Shown here: one piece after another, positions 36,523 to 47,014 of the stretch | How positions within the stretch are numbered: position 1 is the first letter of the stretch | Layout: the number at the start of each line of letters is the position of its first letter | Origin: Candidatus Moraniibacteriota bacterium | Lineage (GTDB): Bacteria > Patescibacteriota > Minisyncoccia > Moranbacterales > GWC2-37-73 | Length of the DNA: 64,000 nucleotides | Reading direction: 5' to 3' | NCBI GenBank assembly: GCA_028715015.1 | Contig: JAQTLF010000001.1 | Location: 29,243-93,242, forward strand | Position numbers and translations under genes: made by a program | Notes under the pieces: model-generated | What the model was told of the DNA's origin: nothing | The model's input: the letters and a program-made list of their open reading frames with translations, nothing else | Database searches by the model: none

Positions 36523-37506
36523 TTATAGTAGCTTATTCGTGATGTCATCTTCATTCAGCAAGCCTTTTTGTCCGCCATATTCCATCACACAGCTACTACT
36601 GTTGGCATTGCCCCATTTCAAGGATTCAAACAAATTTTTCCCTTTGAGGTGGGCTGCAAAAAAGCCGCTAGTGAAGGCGTCGCCAGCGCCGGTGCTGTCG
36701 ACAGCCTTGAGCATTTTGGCATCAACATGCACGACATCGATTCCATCATAGGCCCAAGAACCCCTGGCGCCATCAGTGATCACCACAATTTTCGCACCAA
36801 GATTGTGAAGTTGCTTGAGAAGAAATTCTTCTTCTTCCAGCAATTCCTGCAGAATTTCCCGTTGGAATCCATTCACAATCTCCATGGCCTCATCTTTGTT
36901 CAGAAAAAGCATCTCACATTTTGAAATCGCATAAATCACTTCTACGGGACCCGTTTTGATATTTTTTTGTCCTGGATTAAAAGCAAGACGAATTTTTTTC
37001 TCTTTAGCTATGGACAATATTTCTTTCAAATGTTTTTGCCAATCCCCATTGAGCGAGCTTATGAAGATCCATTCAGCAAAACTCAATTTTTCCGGAATTA
37101 TGGTGAGCTTGTCATTTGCTTCCCTGTCGGAAAATATCGTTCGCTCACCAGAGGATGCGTCCACAATTATCAACGAAAGGTCACTCTTGCAATTATTTTC
37201 GATTTCCAAAGCTTCCATGCCGACATTCGCATTGCTGAAAGTTTTTTTTATCCAACGTCCAAGTTCATCATCGCCGATCTTGGAATAGCAGGCTGATTGT
37301 TCGCCAAGCTTGGCCAAGCCGACAGCCACGTTGGCAGCGCAACCACCCAAGGCTTCAAATCTTTCTTTGACTTGATATTTCGCTCCCAATTCAAAAGCGA
37401 TTTTTTTTTGCGCAAGAATGTCTTCAGGAGTTTCCAAAACAATTCCTTCCTTGGTTGGAAAAAAAATATCTTTGGATGTTGATCCTATGCAAATTATTTT
37501 TACCAT
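36523..37506 (-). CDS. PfkB-family carbohydrate/nucleoside kinase
   Basis: C-terminal DTTGAGD-type motif (VDSTGAGDAFTSGF) and N-terminal GG dipeptide region. Confidence 0.85.
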   Translation of the reverse strand: MVKIICIGSTSKDIFFPTKEGIVLETPEDILAQKKIAFELGAKYQVKERFEALGGCAANVAVGLAKLGEQSACYSKIGDDELGRWIKKTFSNANVGMEALEIENNCKSDLSLIIVDASSGERTIFSDREANDKLTIIPEKLSFAEWIFISSLNGDWQKHLKEILSIAKEKKIRLAFNPGQKNIKTGPVEVIYAISKCEMLFLNKDEAMEIVNGFQREILQELLEEEEFLLKQLHNLGAKIVVITDGARGSWAYDGIDVVHVDAKMLKAVDSTGAGDAFTSGFFAAHLKGKNLFESLKWGNANSSSCVMEYGGQKGLLNEDDITNKLL

Positions 37507-37512
37507 ATAAAT

Positions 37513-38808
37513 TTATTTCAGTTCTTGCTCAATTTTCATAAGTCTGTTGTATTTGCAAAGACGCTCACCACGGGAAAGCGATCCTGATTTCATAAATTCA
37601 GCTGCCGTTCCAACTGCCAAATCGGCAATGAAATCGTCAGTGGTTTCTCCTGATCGGTGCGAGATCGTTATTTTCAACTTGTTGGCTTTTGCCAAACGTA
37701 TGCACTCAAGCGTTTCTGAAAGACTTCCGATCTGATTGACCTTGATCAGCACCGCGTTGCAAGCTTTTTCCTTGATTGCTCGCTGAACCCTTTTCACATT
37801 GGTCACCAAAAGATCATCGCCGATCAATAAGTTTTCATTCAAAACATTTTTGGGGATGCCTGGCAGAATCGGTTTTTTGGCAATTTTTTCAGTCATGATG
37901 GCCCAGCCTTCCCAATCATCCTCAGTCAATCCGTCCTCAATGGACACAACGTGATATTTATCAATCCATTCTTTGTACATATTGATCAAACGTTCCCGTT
38001 CCAAAAGAACTCCTTCGGGCTTGAAAACATAGTGATTTTCTTCTTCATCATAAAAATTGCTGGCTGCCGCATCCACACCGAGATTAAGTTCGCTGCCAAG
38101 TTCATAGCCGCTTTGAGTGATTGCTTGGTTGATAAGTTCCAAAGCTTGCGTGTTGCTTTCCAATTTCGGTGAAAAACCGCCTTCATCGCCAACCCCGCTG
38201 CTGTGGTGGGCGGCTTCAAGAATTTTTTTGAGCTTATGAAAAATTTCACTACCAGCTCTCAATTGCTCGGCAAAACTTTTAATTCCTGTAGGAATTATTT
38301 TGAATTCCTGAATGCTCAAGCCACTGTCGCTGTGCATTCCTCCGTTAAGCACATTGAACATGGGCACCGGAAGTTTCGGTTTGACATTTAAATTTGAAAT
38401 TTCATTGATGTATTGATAGAGCGGGATTTTTTTAGCATTGGCCACGGCGCGACAAACAGCCAGTGAAACACCCAGAATAGCATTGGCACCCAGATGCGAT
38501 TTGTTCTCACTGCCATCAAGCTCGAGCATTGCTTCATCAATGGCCAACTGGTTACTGGCGTCCTTTCCCAAAAGCGCATCTTTGATCAGAGTGTTCACAT
38601 TTTTCACTGCATTTCTGACGCCGAGTCCGCCATAACGATTTTCGTCGCCATCCCTAAGTTCCAAGGCTTCAAAAGTTCCAGTTGAGGCTCCGGACGGAAC
38701 TGCAGCCACAGCGGAATTTCCGCCACTCAAAAAAACTTCCACTTCCACAGTAGGATTTCCTCGTGAATCCAAAATTTCCCTTGCTGCAATATCGGTTATT
38801 TTAAACAT
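37513..38808 (-). CDS. eno: enolase
   Basis: SHRSGETTDDFIADLAV and metal-binding DD/E motifs. Confidence 0.97.
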   Translation of the reverse strand: MFKITDIAAREILDSRGNPTVEVEVFLSGGNSAVAAVPSGASTGTFEALELRDGDENRYGGLGVRNAVKNVNTLIKDALLGKDASNQLAIDEAMLELDGSENKSHLGANAILGVSLAVCRAVANAKKIPLYQYINEISNLNVKPKLPVPMFNVLNGGMHSDSGLSIQEFKIIPTGIKSFAEQLRAGSEIFHKLKKILEAAHHSSGVGDEGGFSPKLESNTQALELINQAITQSGYELGSELNLGVDAAASNFYDEEENHYVFKPEGVLLERERLINMYKEWIDKYHVVSIEDGLTEDDWEGWAIMTEKIAKKPILPGIPKNVLNENLLIGDDLLVTNVKRVQRAIKEKACNAVLIKVNQIGSLSETLECIRLAKANKLKITISHRSGETTDDFIADLAVGTAAEFMKSGSLSRGERLCKYNRLMKIEQELK

Positions 38809-38829
38809 ATTTTTTTTATTTTAAGCTTG

Positions 38830-39441
38830 TTATTTGAAATTTATCCAATCGAACAAATTTTGAAATGGATTGTAGAAAATCAAGGAAACCAAAAGAATCA
38901 GATAATATGCGCTCAGATATTTGAGAGTCAAAAAATATTGCCCGTGACAATCAAGCGATGTTTCAACATTTTGCAAAAAAATCTTTCTGGCTTCCAAGAA
39001 AAATTTCACATGCACGAACATTATCACCATTATCGACAATATCACCAAAGCAATGACCATGGACACTTGGCTGTTGTACAGAAAAAACGTTCCGAAAAAA
39101 AACAGTGGCAAAATCCAAAAAGTTTCCCTGTCCCAAAAATCAATATCTCTTTTGAAGTTGTTGAAACTTGAAAAATACAAAAATGGAATGAAGATAAAAT
39201 TAATCAAAAGTCCGATAAAAAAGACGGATATCGTCAGCCAATTAAGCGTTGTCCCAAAATAGTTTCCAGGCTCGACGATGTCGAAGTTATTGAACAATAT
39301 CAGTAGAATTCCCAGTAGCAGCAATGTCTGAGATGTGTAGAGTGCGATCCAGGATCGCAAATCAACCATTCTCAATTCATCCAAAATAACTTTCTTGTTG
39401 AACACAGCTGTCCCGCCTACTTTGAATTTAAGACTGCCCAT
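38830..39441 (-). CDS. hypothetical multi-pass membrane protein
   Basis: 203 aa, 5-6 hydrophobic helices, Phe-rich; no motif. Confidence 0.5.
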   Translation of the reverse strand: MGSLKFKVGGTAVFNKKVILDELRMVDLRSWIALYTSQTLLLLGILLILFNNFDIVEPGNYFGTTLNWLTISVFFIGLLINFIFIPFLYFSSFNNFKRDIDFWDRETFWILPLFFFGTFFLYNSQVSMVIALVILSIMVIMFVHVKFFLEARKIFLQNVETSLDCHGQYFLTLKYLSAYYLILLVSLIFYNPFQNLFDWINFK

Positions 39442-39531
39442 AATTTTATTTATTTTTGTATCTTATTGTAATGCATCCATGCTTATTATATCACGGCACA
39501 TGGACTTTTCAAAAAATGCCTCGATTTTGTT

Positions 39532-40581
39532 TTATTCATTCTTTTTGAGCGCCTCGATGCCAGGCATAATGTTGCCGCTCAAATATTCCAACATGGCGCC
39601 GCCGCCAGTGGAGACAAAAGATATCTTGTCCATCAATCCCCCTTCTTCCAAAACTTGCACTGATTCTCCACCACCAATCAAAGTGAAAGCATTACTGGAA
39701 ATTACGGCCTCCAAAATTTCCCGCGTTCCCCGGTCATAAGGCGTCTGCTCGAATTTTCCCATCGGACCGTTCCAAACAATCACCTTCGCTTCGGAAATTA
39801 TTTGTTTGAATTTTTCAATCGTTTTTTCCCCGATGTCCAACCGATCATCGGCAAAATCAAGAGGCAGAATGACTTTTGCTGAAAAAGTCATGCCCTGGTC
39901 ATTAGCCTCATTAGCAATCTTTCCGCCAACCAAAATGTTGGCATATTTGTTTTCAAAAACTTTTATCAACGGCAATTTGGTTTCAATTTTGGCACCTCCG
40001 ATGATGGCCACTGCCGGCTGGGAAGGTTGATTCATAACCTTGTCCAGATTTTCCATTTCTTTTTGCAGCCAAAATCCGCCAAAGCCCGGAATAAAATTGG
40101 TCACGCCTGTCACTGAAGATTGGTCGCGATGACAGACACTGAAAGCTTCATTGACAAAGACATTGAAATTTTCAGCCAACTGTTTTGCAAATGATTCGTC
40201 ATTTTTTTCTTCACCTTCATGGAAACGCACGTTTTCCAACAAAAGAATTTCCCCAGCTTTAATTTCCTCAAGCGCCTTGGCAACATTTTTCCCCACACAA
40301 TCATCCACAAAAACAATTTTTTTTGCCAAAATTGTTTCGAGCTCGTCTTTGATTTGCCTGAGTGAGAATTCCGCATTGACCTTTCCGTCAGGACGACCGA
40401 GATGCGAAATCAAAGCAATTTTTGCGCCCTCTTGTGCCGAAAGAAACTCAATGGTTTTTTTGCAGGCTTCCAGTTTGAATTTTTCCTGTATTTTTCCATC
40501 AACAATGCCCACATTGAAATCAGCCCTCACCAATATTTTTTTATTTTCAAAATTTCCATCTCGTATTTTTTTTATTTCCAT
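39532..40581 (-). CDS. pgk: phosphoglycerate kinase (compact, 349 aa)
   Basis: KKILVRADFNV N-terminus; GGGAMLEYLSG; hinge and nucleotide-site motifs. Confidence 0.9.
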   Translation of the reverse strand: MEIKKIRDGNFENKKILVRADFNVGIVDGKIQEKFKLEACKKTIEFLSAQEGAKIALISHLGRPDGKVNAEFSLRQIKDELETILAKKIVFVDDCVGKNVAKALEEIKAGEILLLENVRFHEGEEKNDESFAKQLAENFNVFVNEAFSVCHRDQSSVTGVTNFIPGFGGFWLQKEMENLDKVMNQPSQPAVAIIGGAKIETKLPLIKVFENKYANILVGGKIANEANDQGMTFSAKVILPLDFADDRLDIGEKTIEKFKQIISEAKVIVWNGPMGKFEQTPYDRGTREILEAVISSNAFTLIGGGESVQVLEEGGLMDKISFVSTGGGAMLEYLSGNIMPGIEALKKNE

Positions 40582-40610
40582 TGTTTTATATTTGCAAAAT
40601 ATTTTTTAAT

Positions 40611-41723
40611 CTAATTTCCAAAATGTTTGCCCATGCCGAAGATGGCGATGAGCACACCTATTAGAGCTGTCATCATGGTGAAGATCCAAACACGCATGGT
40701 CACTTTCGTTTCCGGCCAACCTTTGGCTTCGAAATGATGATGGAGAGGCGCCGAAAGAAAAACTTTTTTGTGAAAAAGTTTTTTGCTGGTGAGCTGGATG
40801 ACCACACTGCCAGATTCCAGCACATACCAAAAGACAATCACAAAAAGAATCAAAACTGAATTGGTCAGCATGGCCACCACGCCCAAAGTTGTGCCCAGCG
40901 CCATAGCACCAGTGTCGCCCATAAAAAATCTGGCCGGATATATATTGAACCAAAGGAATGCCATTATGGCTCCGGCCATGGCAGCGCAAAAAGCGGAGAG
41001 ATCAACTTTGTTTTGCATGAAAGCAATGATGGAAAAAGAGAAAAAGGCCATCAAAAGGACTCCTCCATTAAGACCATCCAGTCCGTCAGTTTCATTGGAT
41101 GAGATGGCAGCAAAAAGAATCACAAAAATAAAAAGAGGAATGTACCACCAACCGATGGAAAAATCACCCACTGCCGGAATATGCAAACGATCCCAGCCAA
41201 GTTTTTCATAAAACCACCATGATCCTGCACTGGCAATAACAACCAGCCACCAAAAACGCATAGCGAAACGCATGCCTCCTCCTTTGTTTTTGCCGCAACC
41301 TTTAATGCTCATATAGTCATCAAAAAGCCCCAAAATTCCGGCAGTCACCAGCACAAAAAGAGGCAGCCATACTTGTTTGCGACTCAGAAAATCCAAACGG
41401 GCCACAAAATTGATATTAAAAAGTCCAGCAAGCAAAGGGAAAATGTAATGTGAAGCAAAAACCAAAATCAAAATCGTGACCCACACGATCACCCCTCCCA
41501 TAGTCGGAGTGCCTGATTTGTGAGCATGAAGCTGATTGACATAGCTCAATTTTTCACCATTGACATCATTGCATTTGATCTTGATGCCTATTTTGTATTT
41601 GTATAAGATGTGCGTCCAAAGAGGCGTAATGGCAAAAGCCAAAATAAAAGCGATGACGCCTGTCAGCATCACTTTCAAAACTTCGACCAGCACTGGGATT
41701 GTTTGTATTTGAGCAAATTGCAT
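40611..41723 (-). CDS. mraY: phospho-N-acetylmuramoyl-pentapeptide transferase
   Basis: SNETDGLDGLNGG and PLHHHFE motifs; about 10 TM helices. Confidence 0.9.
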   Translation of the reverse strand: MQFAQIQTIPVLVEVLKVMLTGVIAFILAFAITPLWTHILYKYKIGIKIKCNDVNGEKLSYVNQLHAHKSGTPTMGGVIVWVTILILVFASHYIFPLLAGLFNINFVARLDFLSRKQVWLPLFVLVTAGILGLFDDYMSIKGCGKNKGGGMRFAMRFWWLVVIASAGSWWFYEKLGWDRLHIPAVGDFSIGWWYIPLFIFVILFAAISSNETDGLDGLNGGVLLMAFFSFSIIAFMQNKVDLSAFCAAMAGAIMAFLWFNIYPARFFMGDTGAMALGTTLGVVAMLTNSVLILFVIVFWYVLESGSVVIQLTSKKLFHKKVFLSAPLHHHFEAKGWPETKVTMRVWIFTMMTALIGVLIAIFGMGKHFGN

Positions 41724-41752
41724 AAAAATAAATCAATTACAAGGTTATGATC

Positions 41753-42784
41753 TTATTGCCACGTGTATGAACTGAAGGCCCAATTTGCCATGGTTTTTAT
41801 GTCGGCCCATCTGGTGTTGTCATCCAAAACAACTGCGACAATGCGATGCTTCTTGGTTGGATCAGCCACCGTCATCACCAAAGAATATCCAGCCATAGGT
41901 GTGAATCCTGTTTTTGATCCGATTATGTTAGGCATCTGATCAAGCAGTTGATCCGTGTTCAAGATTGTGTGTTGCAACTTTCCATCAATCGAAGTAACGA
42001 TCGTGTTGCTTGGTTGTCTGGCAATTTTCCAAATTGTGTCATAGCGCAGTGAATAGGCGGCGATGCGCGCGATGTCATAGGCTGAAGAATAACATCCGGC
42101 TGCAGCACTTTCATCATCCAGATCGAGTCCTGAGGCTGTGCAAAAATGGGTGTCATTGAGCCCCAATTCTTTGGCTTTGGCATTCATGACATCCACGAAA
42201 GCATCCTGCGTGCCGGCAATATGTTTTCCTAAAGCGATGGCGCTGTCATTAGCACTGTTCATCAGCATGGCTTGCAACAAACTTCTGGCAGAAATTTCCT
42301 CGCCGACTTTCAGGCGCTGCGAAATGCAATAACCGCTGCGAGGACATCCTACCTTGGTGCCATCAGCATACACCGGTTCTTCATCAATCGTCACAGCCTC
42401 ATCAAGATTTGGAATTTTTTCCATCACCAAAATGGCTGTCATGAGTTTTGTGAGTGAGGCAATCTGTCTGTGGGTGCGACCCTCACTGTAGTGCAAAATT
42501 GTGCCAGTGTCAGCATCAATAATGACTGAAGCATGAGCCCCAGGCACGACAAGGTCTTTGATACCGCTCTTGCGCACCGGTTGATACTGCGGATCGTCCG
42601 TGGCCTGAGCTTTCAATGTTTCAATTTTTTTTGTTTCAACTCCAGCCACCAAACCTTGAATGCTTTTTTCATTGGAAACAACATCGGCTTGCACCTGATT
42701 GGGAGCCGCCAAATTTTCACGCAAAAACAAAAAAGAGTTCAGTGGAAAAAGCACTATCATCAAAATGGTTACCCCTATACCCAT
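41753..42784 (-). CDS. D-alanyl-D-alanine carboxypeptidase (serine type, PBP5/6 family)
   Basis: SLTKLMT (SxxK), SANDSA (SxN) and KTGFT (KTG) motifs; N-terminal signal/anchor. Confidence 0.85.
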   Translation of the reverse strand: MGIGVTILMIVLFPLNSFLFLRENLAAPNQVQADVVSNEKSIQGLVAGVETKKIETLKAQATDDPQYQPVRKSGIKDLVVPGAHASVIIDADTGTILHYSEGRTHRQIASLTKLMTAILVMEKIPNLDEAVTIDEEPVYADGTKVGCPRSGYCISQRLKVGEEISARSLLQAMLMNSANDSAIALGKHIAGTQDAFVDVMNAKAKELGLNDTHFCTASGLDLDDESAAAGCYSSAYDIARIAAYSLRYDTIWKIARQPSNTIVTSIDGKLQHTILNTDQLLDQMPNIIGSKTGFTPMAGYSLVMTVADPTKKHRIVAVVLDDNTRWADIKTMANWAFSSYTWQ

Positions 42785-43332
42785 TATTCTTGTGGAATTA
42801 TAGAATTAATTCTTTCATCTACTGACAGTATATCATATTCAGGAAGTTTTTTCACTGATTCCACTCCCAACTTTTTCAAAAAATCAAAGGAAATTACATA
42901 GACATATCCTCTGGAGTCACGCGGATTGTCCCCGCGCTCAATGAGACCACGCAAAAGCAAATTGCGCAAGGTGTAGGAACAATTGACACCGCGAATGGCT
43001 TCAATTTCTGTTTTGGAAATGGGACCACGATATGCGATGATGGAAACCACTTCCATGGCTGCAGTTGAAAGTGCGTCTTGCAACTCGTTTTTCACCAATT
43101 TTTCCACAAAATCTCCATTCTCGGCTTTGGTGACAAGCTGCAATTCATCGCCTTTCACCAGCAGACTCAGACCGCTGCCAACAAGATCGTAGCGCTGCCT
43201 CAAAGCTTCAATTGCCAGATCCAATTTTTCAACTTCAACCGCTGCCACCTTTGCCAATTTGCCGCGTTTCACTGGCTCGCCACTGACAAACAAAACACTT
43301 TCTATGATGGCCATCAATTTTTCCTGTTCCAT
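42784..43332 (-). CDS. scpB: segregation and condensation protein B
   Basis: tandem winged-helix ScpB (IIESVLFVSGEPV...). Confidence 0.85.
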   Translation of the reverse strand: MEQEKLMAIIESVLFVSGEPVKRGKLAKVAAVEVEKLDLAIEALRQRYDLVGSGLSLLVKGDELQLVTKAENGDFVEKLVKNELQDALSTAAMEVVSIIAYRGPISKTEIEAIRGVNCSYTLRNLLLRGLIERGDNPRDSRGYVYVISFDFLKKLGVESVKKLPEYDILSVDERINSIIPQE

Positions 43333-43356
43333 ATTTCAATATTATTAATTCAAAAA

Positions 43357-44082
43357 TTATTTTTCCCTGTGTTTCAATTGGATTTCTGAAAACAGTTCGC
43401 CTTGCTCAACATGGATCATCCTTTGCTTCACCAGTTCCAGCATGGCCAAAAATGAAACCACCACTTCAACTTTGTCTTTCGCATTTGCCACCAATTCGGA
43501 AAAAGATGTTTGGATTTTTTCGCGCAATGTTTCTTGCAGATGGACAATCCTGTCTTCCAAGGTGAGAATTTCTTTAACCATATCCTCTTCCAATTTTTCC
43601 ACCACTGGAATTTCTCCCAAAACCTTATTGAAAGCTTTCAACAGATCATCGGCGGTGATGTTTTCCGGAGGATAAAAAACTGTGCCCAGTCCTGAAAAGC
43701 CTTCGCGTGAAAAACTTGTCTGGGTTGAGTCGAACAGTGAAGCCAGATTTTTGCTGGCTTCTTTGAATTTTTTGTATTCCGCCAATTGATGTTCCAGATC
43801 TTTGATTTCTTCCTCCTCTTCTTCAGTAAATTCCAGCATCGGCAAAAGAGCTTTTGATTTTATCAAAATAAGCCTGGCAGCCACCGACAAAAAATCAGCC
43901 AGGTGTGCCAAAGTTATATCCTTGGCCTGCGCTATGTATTCCAAATATTGATCCGCGATTTGTGCCAGACTCACCCTGGTGATGTCCAGCTTCTCCTGTT
44001 CAGTGAGCTGCAACAGCAAATCAAGCGGACCTTCGAATTGTTCAAGTTTTATGTGATATGCCATAAATATTTCAATAATCAA
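43357..44082 (-). CDS. scpA: segregation and condensation protein A (kleisin)
   Basis: LEQFEGPLDLLLQLTEQEKLDITRVSLAQI N-terminal motif. Confidence 0.85.
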   Translation of the reverse strand: MIIEIFMAYHIKLEQFEGPLDLLLQLTEQEKLDITRVSLAQIADQYLEYIAQAKDITLAHLADFLSVAARLILIKSKALLPMLEFTEEEEEEIKDLEHQLAEYKKFKEASKNLASLFDSTQTSFSREGFSGLGTVFYPPENITADDLLKAFNKVLGEIPVVEKLEEDMVKEILTLEDRIVHLQETLREKIQTSFSELVANAKDKVEVVVSFLAMLELVKQRMIHVEQGELFSEIQLKHREK

Positions 44083-45338
44083 TCAGCCAGCTCATATTCC
44101 AAATCAAGTTCAGCTTCACTTTTGTTGTCAACCAATCTTATTGCAGGATAAAGTCCGATCAAAACCAAGCCAGCCACCAACAAAAATATGTACTTCATCG
44201 GAGCGATGATGAGCAGCATCGCTGAAACTCCAGTGGCCACCATATAGGCAACCGCTCTGGTGGTGCGAAAAAAACTTATAAGATCGACATCGCGTCCATC
44301 GATTTTTTTGTAAAAATATGAATCTCTCAGTGTTTCGACCGTAGCAGCCCCGATGCGTGTGGACAAAAGCACCAATGACCAAACAACGATTGAAACGGAA
44401 TGGATGAAAAAAATGGAAGCGGATGATACGCCCATCAAGAGCAAGCCCATGATGATCATTTCCTTTTCCCCGAATTTTTTGTCAGCCAAAAACCCTATCG
44501 GATATTCCAAAACGACAAACGGAATCAGCATCACCGTGAAAACGACACCGATTTGTTGCCATGAAAGTCCCAGATCAAGCAGGTACAAAGGCGTGTAGAC
44601 AATCATCAAGGCATAGAAAGCTTCCAATGCGAGTGAAATCACATAGATGTTCAGCACATCTTTGTTGGTCAGAATTTTCAAACCGACATCTTTGATGGTG
44701 AGCTGACCGCGAAATTTTCCACTGACATCACTGAGTCCGATCAAACCGATCACAAACATGACAACATTGAGCACCAATGTTGCAACAAACAGACCATCAA
44801 AACCGAAGTCGGAAAGAATTTTTGTCGAAAGAAACGGCCCCAGCAAAACTCCCGCACTCAAAATCATCAAATGAAATCCGCGTATTCTGCCGGATTTTTT
44901 ATCCTCTGAATATTCCTCAATGATGACATCCAGAATGACCCAGACGAAATAGTTGGCGACGATGTAGAGCATCAAAAAAATTATGCCCAAAAGCGACGGC
45001 TTGATGAAAATCAAACCGACCAAAAAACATATCTGCGCGAAAAAAAACAAGAAAAATGACATGGCCTTGCCTATTTTTTTGACAACCTTGTGCATGTTAA
45101 GCAAACCGATCAAAGCAATCACATAAGTTATGAAATAGAAGGAGCTGACATTTTCATTGCCAAGAGCATTTCGGAAATAATCCGAAGTGACATAGAGCAG
45201 CAATGCTTGCGCAAATCCGAACAAAAAAGAAATCAGACCCAAAAGTTCCAATTTCTTTTTCCCGTTTTTCTTGCTTTTTACTTGTTTTTTGTTGGCCATT
45301 TTTTTATTTTTATTCACCAATAATGAGGTCATGCACAA
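44079..45338 (-). CDS. MFS transporter (track start is TTG; ATG candidates at ~45332 or MANKKQ)
   Basis: 12-TM major-facilitator topology. Confidence 0.75.
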   Translation of the reverse strand: MCMTSLLVNKNKKMANKKQVKSKKNGKKKLELLGLISFLFGFAQALLLYVTSDYFRNALGNENVSSFYFITYVIALIGLLNMHKVVKKIGKAMSFFLFFFAQICFLVGLIFIKPSLLGIIFLMLYIVANYFVWVILDVIIEEYSEDKKSGRIRGFHLMILSAGVLLGPFLSTKILSDFGFDGLFVATLVLNVVMFVIGLIGLSDVSGKFRGQLTIKDVGLKILTNKDVLNIYVISLALEAFYALMIVYTPLYLLDLGLSWQQIGVVFTVMLIPFVVLEYPIGFLADKKFGEKEMIIMGLLLMGVSSASIFFIHSVSIVVWSLVLLSTRIGAATVETLRDSYFYKKIDGRDVDLISFFRTTRAVAYMVATGVSAMLLIIAPMKYIFLLVAGLVLIGLYPAIRLVDNKSEAELDLEYELAD

Positions 45339-45508
45339 TATATGGTTTCAAATATTAACTTTTGTTTTTTGCTTTGCCTGTTTTCTTTTGAGGCCATCCG
45401 CAGCGAGAGCAAGGACGAGCGAGCAATCATAGTTCTTCGATTGCGAAGCGTGCCGAAAAAGGAAATAGGCAAAGCAAAAAAAGTCAGAGAAAACTATATA
45501 TTGCGCAT
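45332..45508. mobile_element. MITE-like element copy 1 (~177 bp, imperfect 15-17-bp TIRs, GC-richer core)
   Basis: about 90% identical, in inverse orientation, to 59965-60144; the TIR resembles TGCACAATATATGG ... CTATATATTGCGCA. Confidence 0.75.
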
Positions 45509-45583
45509 TAACCCAATAATGCTGTTTTATAAGTTGTCACTGAAGAATCAAATCTGAGAAATGATTCTTCAGTGACACAAGTT

Positions 45584-46999
45584 CTAGACGATCTTCTTTT
45601 TCTTGGTGACAATTTTGATGCCAGCTTCAACAAGTTGCTTTTCATCCAGAACGCTTGGCGCTTCCATCATCGGATCTTCCGCTTCCCCGGTCTTGGCAAA
45701 AGCGATGACTTCACGGATGTTCGGTTCATTTTGCAAAATCATCACCAAGCGGTCGATTCCTGGTGCAATTCCTCCGTGCGGTGGAGCGCCATATTTGAAA
45801 GATTCAAGCATGTGTCCATAGTCACGTTGCACATTTTCTTCGGAAATTCCCATGATTTCCAAAACCTTGCGCAAAGCTTTGGGCTCATGATTCCTGATGC
45901 TTCCTCCGCCTGCTTCATATCCATTGAGCACGATGTCATATTGGGTCGTCAAAATGTCAGCGATGTTTTCCTTGTTCATAAGTTGCTCCATGAATTCAGG
46001 CTTCGGACGTGAAAACGGATTGTGTGTGAATGTCCAACCAGTCGATGATTCCTCATCTTTTTCAAAAAATGGAAAATCAACCACCCAACAGAATGCCAAA
46101 AGATTCGGATCATTCTTGTCTTCCCTGATGTCAGGTTTGTCATTGCCATATTTTTCCATCGATTCTTTATATGACAAACGCGGGAATGGTATTTCCTGGA
46201 TTCTTTTTTCCGGAAATTGTGTCTGCACCAGTTTGATCAACATTTCTTCCACCACATTCATCACGTCTTCCTGCTCCACAAAACTCATCTCCATATCCAA
46301 TTGAGTGAACTCCGGTTGACGATCACCGCGAGTGTCTTCGTCTCTGAAACATCTGGCGATTTGAAAATATTTTTCAATTCCAGCCACCATCAGCAACTGT
46401 TTGTATTGTTGAGGAGATTGTGGCAAAGCATAGAATTTTCCTTTGTAAATTCGTGATGGCACAACATAATCCCTTGATCCCTCGGCCGTGGTCTTTCCTA
46501 AAATCGGAGTTTCAACTTCGATGAAACCTTGTTCTCCCAAGAAATCCCTGAAGAATTTGACCACTTTGTATCTGGTCAAAATGTTGTTTTTCATTCTCTC
46601 CGATCTGAGATCAAGATAACGATATTTCAAGCGCAATTTTTCATCAACTTCCTTGGTGTCTTTGGTTATTTCAAACGGTGTGGTTTTGGCTTCATTCAAA
46701 ATTTCTATGGAAGTAACTTCCAATTCGACTCCGCCTGTGGGAGATTTTTCATTCTTGGCGCTCATCGGACGCTCCTTCACGATTCCCTCCATTTCAATCA
46801 CAAACTCGTTTCTGAGTCTTTTGGCGTTGTCATGAGCTTCAACATGATCGGGAATAATGACAGTCTGGATGATTCCGCTGCGATCACGCAAATCAACAAA
46901 AATCAATTTTCCATGATCTCTGCGGATGTGGACCCAACCGGCCAATTTGACGGTCTTTCCAATAAACTTAGGTGTGTCGATAATGTTTGTTCGTTGCAT
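45584..46999 (-). CDS. aspS: aspartyl-tRNA synthetase (compact, 471 aa, non-bacterial-type length)
   Basis: N-terminal OB domain; class II motifs; FRDEDTRGDRQPEFTQLDMEMSF; GAPPHGGIAPGIDRLVM. Confidence 0.9.
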   Translation of the reverse strand: MQRTNIIDTPKFIGKTVKLAGWVHIRRDHGKLIFVDLRDRSGIIQTVIIPDHVEAHDNAKRLRNEFVIEMEGIVKERPMSAKNEKSPTGGVELEVTSIEILNEAKTTPFEITKDTKEVDEKLRLKYRYLDLRSERMKNNILTRYKVVKFFRDFLGEQGFIEVETPILGKTTAEGSRDYVVPSRIYKGKFYALPQSPQQYKQLLMVAGIEKYFQIARCFRDEDTRGDRQPEFTQLDMEMSFVEQEDVMNVVEEMLIKLVQTQFPEKRIQEIPFPRLSYKESMEKYGNDKPDIREDKNDPNLLAFCWVVDFPFFEKDEESSTGWTFTHNPFSRPKPEFMEQLMNKENIADILTTQYDIVLNGYEAGGGSIRNHEPKALRKVLEIMGISEENVQRDYGHMLESFKYGAPPHGGIAPGIDRLVMILQNEPNIREVIAFAKTGEAEDPMMEAPSVLDEKQLVEAGIKIVTKKKKIV

Positions 47000-47014
47000 A
47001 TGTTTAAACTTAGA

